Source: Pirellula staleyi DSM 6068
Lineage (GTDB): Bacteria; Planctomycetota; Planctomycetia; Pirellulales; Pirellulaceae
Assembly: GCA_000025185.1 (NCBI GenBank)
Contig: CP001848.1
Location: forward strand, 3,390,001-3,422,000
DNA length: 32,000 nucleotides
Reading direction: 5' to 3'
A program made the translations under genes and the position numbers. Position 1 is the first letter of the stretch. Each line of letters begins with the position of its first letter. Under the pieces are notes generated by a model. It did not search any database. It had not been told where the DNA came from and saw only the letters and a list, made by a program, of their open reading frames with translations. Shown here piece by piece: positions 16,101 to 23,299 of the stretch.

Positions 16101-16495
16101 TTGTCGCCGGTGCAGAGGAGGTCGTGGCCGTCGAAGCAGAGGCCATGTGCACCACTCGCGGGAAGCTCGGAGAAGGTTGACGAGCGGTCGGCGCGTCCAT
16201 CACCATCGTCGTCGTGGAGCGTTTTGATATACCCAAGCCCAGCGACGACAACTTCACCTCGAGCATTCAGCGTCATGCTGAAAATGTCGTGGGCCAGGTC
16301 ATCGCCCGCGAAGGTCTCGACGACAAAACCAGCAGGAGCTTTGATTCCGACTTCTTCCGCAGCAATTTCAGCAGTAGTGAGCCAGGCAGATAGGATCGCG
16401 ACGATCGATGAAGCGAGTCTGCAAAAGGAGGAAGTTTTCGGCCGCCGGGATGGGGACGAAGCTGTTGGGCAAAGAGGGAGAAGCACATCGCGCAT
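13172..16495 (-). CDS. secreted multidomain protein: sugar-dehydrogenase-like beta-propeller + HEAT-repeat region + C-terminal c-type cytochrome domain
   Basis: 1107 aa. There is an N-terminal hydrophobic signal or anchor (IVAILSAWLTTAEIAA). Propeller blocks are HGANGVVQGPDGWFYV, GFRNPYDIDFHP and GQHHGW. A long alpha-helical repeat region follows. The C-terminal haem c motif is CLRCHAGNSPLGPDL (CxxCH), with a downstream MPTGLL Met ligand candidate. This architecture matches the planctomycete/verrucomicrobial membrane-bound-dehydrogenase plus haem-binding family. Confidence 0.8.
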   Translation of the reverse strand: MRDVLLPLCPTASSPSRRPKTSSFCRLASSIVAILSAWLTTAEIAAEEVGIKAPAGFVVETFAGDDLAHDIFSMTLNARGEVVVAGLGYIKTLHDDDGDGRADRSSTFSELPASGAHGLCFDGHDLLCTGDNGLLRFTDAHGDGVADGPPRLLASLRSPEHGANGVVQGPDGWFYVICGNDTGVTPRHASRISSPVKTPVCGALLRFPPSMVDSEIVAHGFRNPYDIDFHPLGHVFTVDADGERDQHLPWYSPTRLFDIGQGQHHGWVLQGWQRSWNRPASYFDNVPRLAELGRGSPTGLTVYRHTQFPERYRGSILSACWTLGRIYHIPLQSSGSSFEAKPEIFLETTGDVGFAPVDIAVGKSGELYVAIGGRRTRGSVFRVTYQGPQNSAPSSSPDNEAPIDKLLRSPQPLAAWSRAVWKPIAAELGRETLMARVADRTAPLEERIRGIEILTEMFGGLSLDEAVFLCKDHPLIEARAIWSLGRSARDSSATKLIASKAASKDPLVARTAWESLASLAAIHRTATNVLMTNDWHDAFVHDDRRVRSAALTADTRIDRPLEDQPLVELMRLAARNKLAVEHFALAAQCFIDLPQTGDKLIAARLMILSLGDLDLDPKTRDVIAGYSVAVDPNTLRVARIAFGKRIADSFPASDEELNRELARLLSVLVIDDEAVLERIAAHCTDTSDVHDDLHYLMVMAHLPGARSPVATQETAAAITRLHHKLQKNNLYISRNWPQRVGEALAALYARDPTLAAAVVSHKQFNLLQQAMLARAMPSSARNDAARKLIGVVKSSENEEHRWSAELIELAGTLPTDESLAVMREAWNHEELHDDIIPYLARSPQTEDRQRLIEGLNSIQPEIAEASAHALVMLGPYEDAAAWSAAVRVLRQACAVPPLKRLRSKLHVLLQTWTGKSLDILESNEANLLEVYQPWTDELVARFPEAATHLSPTSNQSSAAWNERLASIKLADGDSERGRLVFQRKSCLRCHAGNSPLGPDLAGAAARFSTSDLLAAIVDPNRDLSPLYQTTQLLTGSGRVLNGLVVYESPDATMLQTAPDTTVRIAGEEIVSLQKSRVSLMPTGLLDDASDRDIADLLAYLKTLVPRK

Positions 16496-16667
16496 AATCG
16501 CCGCTACTCTCTGGCTGGCAAGTGCCGCATGGCACGCTGCAGTTAGCAGGACTCAAAGTCGCCTAGAGTGTAGCGAATGCCGCTCGCGATTTCGACAAAA
16601 AGATCGCAGCGATTTAGTGCGCCGCTGGCGCGAAGAAACGGCGTGCTCGAAACGCCAAGCGTCGCAG

Positions 16668-17330
16668 CTAGCGCGCGATCGAGAAGCCCCAGGCAACTCC
16701 TGGGCGTCGTGGTGGTCCGCAGTGTCGCGGATGATGGTGATACCAAAACGGTGGTGGCGGTGGGCAATAGGTGTCGTAGTGGTGTTCGACGATCACTTGT
16801 CGCGATCCACCGGCCGGAGCATAGGCGACCGGCTGTGCAGCTGTGGGCTGAGGCGTTTGCTGCATCGTTTTAATCACCGCATCGCTGACCCCTTGGTCGC
16901 GAAGTGCGATCAAATCGTTCACGGCCAGTGGACGCGATACTCCGCTGGCACGAATGTGGGTGTTAATAACTTCGTCGCTCAGACCCGCTTTTGACATCGC
17001 AATGACATCTTCGATGGTGGCGGCGCCAGAAATGCGGCGACCCATGCGAGCTTCGATTTCGGCTTGGGAACGGGCGAGGTCGGCATCGATTCCATCGCCA
17101 ATCGCAGCACCCGTGAAGGCGCCCACCGCCGATCCCACGACAGCCCCAGGCAGGGCGTTGCCACTGCCATCGCCAATTGCAGCGCCAGTCAAAGCACCCG
17201 CCAAACCACCCAAAACGAGGCCGCGATCCCCATACCCATTGCCGCGGCAGCCGATGGAGCTGGTCGTGAAAACCAGGATGCTGGCTAATGCCAGTAACTG
17301 GAGTCGAGCTGTGGGATTTTTGTGCGTCAT
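16668..17330 (-). CDS. glycine-zipper lipoprotein with tandem AGLSD-VI repeats and a Pro/His-rich tail
   Basis: ATG 17330 gives MTHKNPTARLQLLALASILVFTTSSIGC, a signal peptide with a lipobox. Next is the glycine-zipper stretch GGLAGALTGAAIGDGSGNALPGAVVGSAVGAFTGAAIGDG. Two repeats follow, EDVIAMSKAGLSDEVINTHI and NDLIALRDQGVSDAVIKTM. The tail is CPPPPPFWYHHHPRHCGPPRRPG. The ORF-track TTG 17360 is less likely. Confidence 0.7.
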   Translation of the reverse strand: MTHKNPTARLQLLALASILVFTTSSIGCRGNGYGDRGLVLGGLAGALTGAAIGDGSGNALPGAVVGSAVGAFTGAAIGDGIDADLARSQAEIEARMGRRISGAATIEDVIAMSKAGLSDEVINTHIRASGVSRPLAVNDLIALRDQGVSDAVIKTMQQTPQPTAAQPVAYAPAGGSRQVIVEHHYDTYCPPPPPFWYHHHPRHCGPPRRPGVAWGFSIAR

Positions 17331-17518
17331 CGTGCCGCGTGTCCGAAGGTAGGTCTTCAAGCGATCCGGTGTCCGCGCGCAGAATGCCTGCGTTTGAACG
17401 AGGGGGCTGGATGATCCTGCGATCGGGGCGGGGCGTCAATAGCAATGAACTTGCCAGAACGGGAGTTCTGCTAGCAATCGCATTTAACTAGCGCTGCATT
17501 TCAGCAGGGATGTGCGAC

Positions 17519-18691
17519 CTATTTTTTCTCGCTAGCAGCTGTTTGCGCGTCGCGATAACGCTTCACTGCTTCATCCCGTTTGGTATCGTTTTCAAAGCCG
17601 ATTGTGCGGGGGTTCATGAAGAAAGCTTGGGGATTTCCCTGCAGTTGATCGGAGGTGACGGCGAAATAGTCTTCGACTTTCAGGCCAGCCAGTTTCACGG
17701 CAGCCAGTAGAGCGGCGTCGCGCATCTGTAGTTCGTGAATCACCTTGTTCATCTGCACTCGCCCAATCACTTGCTTGTTGTCGAGCAGTTTTTCGATTTG
17801 GGGAAGGTCTTCCTTGGTGCCGAGCTTAAAGACGGTCATCAAGGCCATTTGTTTGAAGTGGGTGTGGGGGAGGGCATCGTCGGCGAGCAGTTTTCGAGCG
17901 ACCGTCAAGCCTTCAGGCATGTCGTAGTCCATGGCGATCCGCAGGGCCTGGTACGACGCTTCCACACTGACATTCTGGATCACACGCGACAGAAGTGCCT
18001 TGCAGGGCTCCCGCTGCTTTTCGTCCGACATGGCGCTGCGCATCGACTGCTGCAGAAACAAGTTTAACACCGTTTGTTCGGTGCCGAGCGAAACATCGAG
18101 GGTCGGGCTCCCTGTGACCAGCGCGATCGCGGCGATCTGCGCGAGTGGTGCCTGCTCGCGATTTCCTGTGTTGGTACGTTGCATGATGGCGGCACTTCGG
18201 TCGCGCAGAGCAGCATCGATTTGCTTGGGCTCCCGCACCGCCATTTCGAGCAACTCACCATCGACTTCGTGCATCGAGGCAAACAGGCGACGCGAGTTGT
18301 CGCTGTCTCCCATCACCGCCAAGGCGTCGGACCAAAACGCGAGTGGCTGCCGCAAGTTTTCTCGGCGCAAGAAGGCTTCAATCCGTCGTTTTTGGTCCTG
18401 CTGAGCGATCATCGACAGGATTCGCTCGGCGCGATAGCTCACTTCGTGATCGGGGCTCTTGGTTGCGGCTTCGACAGCTTCAAACGCCTCGTCGCTGGCA
18501 GCAATCAGTTCAGCTGTCGCTTGTTGGCGTATGGAATATTCCTTGCTCCCGAGATCGGCGACGAGTCGCGCAATTTCGGCGGGAGTCGGAGTTTCATCAG
18601 CGAGGCCTAGTACCGGCAGAGCGAGCCAAGCGGCACTCGCGACGCCCAGCAGCGTTGCTTGCAGGAAACGTGTTGCGCGAAAGAAACACAT
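17519..18691 (-). CDS. secreted hypothetical protein, HEAT-like helical repeats
   Basis: 390 aa. The signal peptide is MCFFRATRFLQATLLGVASAAWLALPVLGLADE. The N-terminal LGSKEYSIRQQATAELIAASDEAFEAVEAATKSPDHEVSYRAERIL resembles HEAT repeats of the planctomycete type. I recognise no catalytic motif. Confidence 0.65.
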   Translation of the reverse strand: MCFFRATRFLQATLLGVASAAWLALPVLGLADETPTPAEIARLVADLGSKEYSIRQQATAELIAASDEAFEAVEAATKSPDHEVSYRAERILSMIAQQDQKRRIEAFLRRENLRQPLAFWSDALAVMGDSDNSRRLFASMHEVDGELLEMAVREPKQIDAALRDRSAAIMQRTNTGNREQAPLAQIAAIALVTGSPTLDVSLGTEQTVLNLFLQQSMRSAMSDEKQREPCKALLSRVIQNVSVEASYQALRIAMDYDMPEGLTVARKLLADDALPHTHFKQMALMTVFKLGTKEDLPQIEKLLDNKQVIGRVQMNKVIHELQMRDAALLAAVKLAGLKVEDYFAVTSDQLQGNPQAFFMNPRTIGFENDTKRDEAVKRYRDAQTAASEKK

Positions 18692-19195
18692 GGCAGGTAC
18701 CTGGGAAATCGCAGCAATCTAGCGGGTGAAATTAGGGTCACTCCATCTTAAGGAGGGCTGCGGGGAGGAGTCCAGCAGCTTTTTGGGCGCTCGTTCGATT
18801 CTGCTGAGTTGCCGGAAGTTGTGTGCCGGCACGCGTGGTTGGCGGGGATGGTTTTTGACTCGGTATTGAGTCGCCAGAGGTGCTTTGGGGGAGGTTTTTG
18901 TAACCGCCGGCCTCTTGGAGGCTACTTCTAAAGGGGCGGAGTGCGGCTCGCCGCCTAGCTGAGAAAGGGGTGATTTCATCGATAGGTGGGGTGTGAATGC
19001 CGTGTTGGCGCTATGACTAGCACGGCAGTTGGCTATGGGGAATTACGTTTGCGTTACATTAAGTTAAGGCCTGTTTATGGGAAATTTAGTTGACTTTGTG
19101 GCTGGTTAATGGGACTCTAGGGTGATGGTGGTCGAAGTCCCGGAGCAGAGATCGCCAGTAGTTGTACTTTCATCACGTTTCGTAAGGGAAGTGGA

Positions 19196-20221
19196 ATGAA
19201 GCGAAGAGGTTTTACGTTGGTCGAGCTACTCGTGGTGATTGCGATCATCGGGGTTCTCGTTGCTTTGCTGTTGCCGGCAGTGCAGGCAGCTCGTGAGGCG
19301 GCTCGCCGCATGCAGTGCGGCAACAATCTCAAGCAGATTGGCTTGGCTCTGCAGAACTACCATGACACCATGCTTTCCATGCCATATGGAGCTCGTTGTC
19401 GCTACATTGGAACAGCCAGCAGTGGCTATGGTCCCAGCTTTTTTGTGGGCATTCTTCCGTACTGCGAGCAAAAGCCGCTGTACGATTTGATGGAAGCCCA
19501 GGCCATCTTGGGCTACGACTATCAGTCGACGCAGATCACCGCGACAGCGGCCAATGCCAAGATTGGTTGGATGCGTTGTCCATCGTCGCCACTTCCGGAG
19601 CTTGAGCTCCAGAACAATCACAATCTTCAGGTTCCGTCGTATGTTGGTATTGCTGGTGCAACTGGCGGCGGTAATACCGGCAAGACGGGCGAACTCGATT
19701 TTGTCGAGACTCGCGTCACCTCGGGTGATCACGGTGGGCAGATTGCCTACGGCGGCATGCTCACGCTCAATAATGCCTACAATATGTCGGCTGCAATTGA
19801 TGGAACCAGCAGCACGATGGTGGTTGGTGAAATTGGCGACTATTTCTTCTCGACTGGCAACGTGCGAAATCGCGTCGACGGCTCGTCGGTTGGTGCTGCC
19901 CCTGGTGGTCGCGGCGGTTGGTGGATGACCGGTGCAAACGCGCCTAATTCCACTGCTGGTGGGACTTCGGTTGGTCAGCTTGTCTTCAATCTCACTACGA
20001 TCGGCCACCCGGTCGGATATAACGGCAAGGGTTTGTCGCTGGCCGTGAATGCCAATGGCATCGGTGAGCGTGCGCAAAATAACCCGATGCTCTCGGGTCA
20101 TCCCGGTGGATCGCAAGTTGCGTTTCTCGATGGTCACGTTCAGCTTGTGAGTAAGACGACCCATGTCGCCATTCTCAAGCGTTGGGCTACTCGCGATGAC
20201 GGCCAGATGATTCAGGAGTAG
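19196..20221 (+). CDS. DUF1559 family protein with prepilin-type N-terminal cleavage/methylation domain and C-terminal H-X9-DG motif
   Basis: [57 protein letters not shown] is the stereotyped planctomycete DUF1559 N-terminus, with a G|FTLVE prepilin site. Near the C-terminus, [16 protein letters not shown] contains H-X9-DG. An SD-like AAGGGAAG lies upstream of the ATG. Confidence 0.92.
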   Translation: MKRRGFTLVELLVVIAIIGVLVALLLPAVQAAREAARRMQCGNNLKQIGLALQNYHDTMLSMPYGARCRYIGTASSGYGPSFFVGILPYCEQKPLYDLMEAQAILGYDYQSTQITATAANAKIGWMRCPSSPLPELELQNNHNLQVPSYVGIAGATGGGNTGKTGELDFVETRVTSGDHGGQIAYGGMLTLNNAYNMSAAIDGTSSTMVVGEIGDYFFSTGNVRNRVDGSSVGAAPGGRGGWWMTGANAPNSTAGGTSVGQLVFNLTTIGHPVGYNGKGLSLAVNANGIGERAQNNPMLSGHPGGSQVAFLDGHVQLVSKTTHVAILKRWATRDDGQMIQE

Positions 20222-20306
20222 TTTCTCGCGGCGACCTGTGTTGGGGTTTGCCTTCCGGCTGGTCGCTGATGGCTGAAGCTGCTTAATGCATCAGAGTGAG
20301 TTTATT

Positions 20307-20345
20307 GAACCTCGGGGCGTGATTCGTCTCGGGGTTCTTTTTTTT
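20307..20345 (+). terminator. Rho-independent terminator downstream of the DUF1559 gene
   Basis: GAACCTCGGGGCG (20307-20319) pairs with CGTCTCGGGGTTC (20325-20337) as a 13-bp stem that includes 3 G-U pairs. The loop is TGATT, and T8 follows immediately (20338-20345). Confidence 0.78.
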
Positions 20346-20687
20346 GCGCCAGTTCCGCTTCTTGCCTAGTGTGATGCTTTTCGGCTGCTGAGTTGGTTGT
20401 TCGGGTTTTCGGGCTGCGGAAACTTGAGCGTTTTTCGCGATTCTTTGGATTAGGCGAACTGGACACTTGGTTAAATAAGACGTCTCGGGGTGCTCAAAAA
20501 ATAGGCATGTGGCTCGGGTGAGGTACAGGTGTTCATGTGATTGATTTTTAGGCAGGTGAGGGCTGTCGACGTAAGTGCAAGCAGTGCAATCACATTGGTG
20601 CTTGTCTTGACAGCCCCGGTATTTTTAATTCGAACCGCGACACTGAACGTCGCGAAGTAGAAACGTCTGTTTGAAAACCTGTCAGAT

Positions 20688-20695
20688 GGAAGGAG
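20688..20695 (+). promoter_or_regulatory. Shine-Dalgarno sequence GGAAGGAG for the 20703 CDS
   Basis: A strong SD core AAGGAG ends 7 nt before ATG 20703. Most neighbouring genes lack such a clear SD. Confidence 0.55.
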
Positions 20696-20702
20696 CCGGC
20701 AA

Positions 20703-21122
20703 ATGGAAACCACTGTAATGTCACCCGCCCCCGCTCAGGAAGATCGCAAGATCGTCGCTCAACGAATTGCTGCCGAAATGTTTCAGCAGCAGCCCGATTG
20801 GGTCACGTTCTTCCGCGAAGTGCTGGGAGTGGATGGTCTGGTGCGTCGTTTGTTTAACGACCCAGCTGAACTCACCGAGTTCGAGAAGAGCGGCGAGTAT
20901 GCCGAGATCCAGCAGATGCTGGCGAAGCTTCGCGAGCGAAGCGGTGCCGCTGCTGATGGCAAAGAGCCCACCCGCGTGATCACTGTCCGTTTGCCAAAGA
21001 GCTTGCACGAAGCTCTCAAGACCGAAGCCTACGGTCGCAAGACCAGCATGAACCAGCTTTGCATCTCGAAGCTGCTGCAAGTAATCGATGCCGAAATGGT
21101 CCCCACCGAAGATCCATCGTAA
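20703..21122 (+). CDS. ribbon-helix-helix (Arc/CopG/HicB-antitoxin-like) domain protein with an uncharacterised N-terminal domain
   Basis: 139 aa. The C-terminal TRVITVRLPKSLHEALKTEAYGRKTSMNQLCISKLLQVI fits the RHH beta-strand/helix/helix pattern, with a beta strand of alternating hydrophobics followed by LHxxLK. The preceding 90 or so residues have no motif I recognise. A strong SD supports the start. Confidence 0.65.
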   Translation: METTVMSPAPAQEDRKIVAQRIAAEMFQQQPDWVTFFREVLGVDGLVRRLFNDPAELTEFEKSGEYAEIQQMLAKLRERSGAAADGKEPTRVITVRLPKSLHEALKTEAYGRKTSMNQLCISKLLQVIDAEMVPTEDPS

Positions 21123-21419
21123 GTCCAACGCGTCAGCGTCGAGCGATTGCCAGTATTCCATTTGCCAGGTTACCGGTTCGAAGTTTTCACAGACCTACCT
21201 CGCGTGACACCTGCCGAGCATCCGCTCACAGGCTGTCGCGCAGGTGTCTGCGAGCTGCGGCTTGTGAACTAGACTCTTGGGAAACTGAACGCTACTACTG
21301 GTCGGCCGCGAAAAAAGATCTCGCTCGCTGAAATCGCTTGCCAGGGATGGCCAGCGCGGCCACGACCGGTTGTTTCAAAATGCATGAACCGCAAAAGATG
21401 CGCGGTCTGCAAAGAAAAT

Positions 21420-21859
<440 letters not shown>

Positions 21860-22066
21860 ATCTACAACCTTATCCCAAATAGCTTCCCAAGACAAAGCCC
21901 ACGCTCGCCAAATCGGCAACTGCTATCCAGGAGCCGATCTTGCCACGCTCGGCTCTACCGAAAAAATAACAGGCAGGAAACGCCATCCAGCGCTGCTCAC
22001 TCGAGGCCGTTTCCTGTCGTGATAGTCGAGTACTGACCTCTCACAGCCGATCGATTTTCAAAAACC

Positions 22067-23284
22067 ATGCTACGTAAACTCACGCTCGTCGCTGTTTCGA
22101 TGGTCGCAGGTGCCGCGATCATGCTTGTGATGCTCGAGTCACACGATGTAGTGGGGCTCGTTGCGGCCCAGTTACCAGGACGCTTTGAACCACCAGTGCG
22201 CGAAGCAGCCCCACCCGAACTAGGGCTGCCCGGTGGAGTGCCTGGTCTGCCGCGCGCCGCAATTCCCGCGGCACGTCCACCGGCAGATCCTTTGGCCGAC
22301 TTCACTCCCGAAGAGCGGACCAACATTATGGTCTACGAAAAAGCGAATCGCAGCGTCGTGCACATCACCACCAAGAGTGTTCGCGCCGAGTTGCTGGTGC
22401 TCGAGGTTCCCACCGAAGGTGCCGGCAGTGGGAGTGTGCTCGATAAGGCCGGGCATGTGCTCACGAACTTTCACGTCATCGAAGGCTCGCAAGAGATTCG
22501 TGTCACACTCGCTAGTGGCGAAACCTTCGATGCATCGGTTGTCGGATTCGATGCTCCCAACGACATGGCTGTATTGAAGATCGATGCACCTGCTGAACTT
22601 CTCGAGCCCATTCAACTCGGCGATTCGTCGAAGCTCCGCGTTGGGCAGATGGTCTACGCGATCGGCAATCCGTTTGGGCTCGAGCGGACTATGACTACCG
22701 GCATCATCTCGAGTCTCAACCGCTCGCTTCCGACGCGAGGTGGACGAACGATGCGCTCGATCATTCAAATCGATGCTGCACTTAATCGTGGCAATTCGGG
22801 TGGGCCACTCCTCGATTCTCGCGCTCGGCTGATCGGAATGAACACCGCGATCGCCAGCACCACAGGCGAGAATACTGGTGTCGGCTTTGCGATTCCTGTC
22901 GATTCGATCGTGCGCGTCGCCAGGCAGTTGATCGAAGAAGGTCGCGTGGTTCGTCCTGATACTGGAATCAGCCGCGTTTTCGAAACGGAGCGCGGGTTGG
23001 TGATTGCCACGCTCACTCCTGGTGGACCAGCAGAGCGCTTAGGTCTTCGTGGATTTCGAATCGTGAAAGAAACGAAACGCCGGGGGCCATTCACCTACGA
23101 AGAGAAGAAGATCGACCGAACCTATGCCGATATGATCGTGTCGGTCGATGGCGAAAAAGTGAAAACGGCCGATGAATTCCTGTCGCTCATCGAGCAGCAT
23201 CGCCCTGGGGAAAAAGCGATCCTCGGGATCTTGCGAGGGGAAGAGTTGCTGGAAGTGCCGATCACTTTGGGGATCAGCGAGTAG
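22067..23284 (+). CDS. HtrA/DegP-family (S1C) serine protease with one PDZ domain, N-terminal membrane anchor
   Basis: 405 aa. The anchor is LTLVAVSMVAGAAIMLVML. The catalytic triad contexts are LTNFHVIEG (His), NDMAVLKI (Asp) and GNSGGPLLD (Ser). The C-terminal PDZ reads GLVIATLTPGGPAERLGL...MIVSVDGEKVKTADEF. Confidence 0.92.
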   Translation: MLRKLTLVAVSMVAGAAIMLVMLESHDVVGLVAAQLPGRFEPPVREAAPPELGLPGGVPGLPRAAIPAARPPADPLADFTPEERTNIMVYEKANRSVVHITTKSVRAELLVLEVPTEGAGSGSVLDKAGHVLTNFHVIEGSQEIRVTLASGETFDASVVGFDAPNDMAVLKIDAPAELLEPIQLGDSSKLRVGQMVYAIGNPFGLERTMTTGIISSLNRSLPTRGGRTMRSIIQIDAALNRGNSGGPLLDSRARLIGMNTAIASTTGENTGVGFAIPVDSIVRVARQLIEEGRVVRPDTGISRVFETERGLVIATLTPGGPAERLGLRGFRIVKETKRRGPFTYEEKKIDRTYADMIVSVDGEKVKTADEFLSLIEQHRPGEKAILGILRGEELLEVPITLGISE

Positions 23285-23299
23285 GCCACTATTCGCCGA

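Noticed and set aside
16005-16994. 329-aa plus-strand ORF spanning the 5' end of the dehydrogenase gene, the intergenic gap and part of the lipoprotein gene
   Set aside because: It overlaps two well-supported minus-strand genes. Its product is a Ser/Arg/Ala-rich low-complexity sequence.
18719-18979. 86-aa minus-strand ORF in the intergenic region upstream of DUF1559
   Set aside because: The product is a Pro/Arg/Lys/Ser-rich low-complexity sequence with no start context or motif. It is probably non-coding, though the region deserves RNA-level checking (see the finding on the DUF1559 flanks).
19226-20164. 312-aa ORF antisense to the DUF1559 gene
   Set aside because: This is a shadow ORF. The plus-strand product has the highly stereotyped DUF1559 N-terminus and the H-X9-DG motif, while the antisense product is Arg/Thr-rich with no motifs.
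20607-20612. Perfect TTGACA upstream of the RHH gene (and TTGACT at about 19090 upstream of DUF1559), considered as sigma-70 -35 boxes
   Set aside because: No acceptable -10 hexamer lies at 16-18 nt spacing. Planctomycete promoter consensus is uncertain, so I do not call promoters.
21173-21180. GGTTCGAA, a tRNA T-loop-like motif in the RHH/rnpB intergenic region
   Set aside because: The flanking bases cannot form a T-stem, acceptor stem or anticodon arm. This is not a tRNA.
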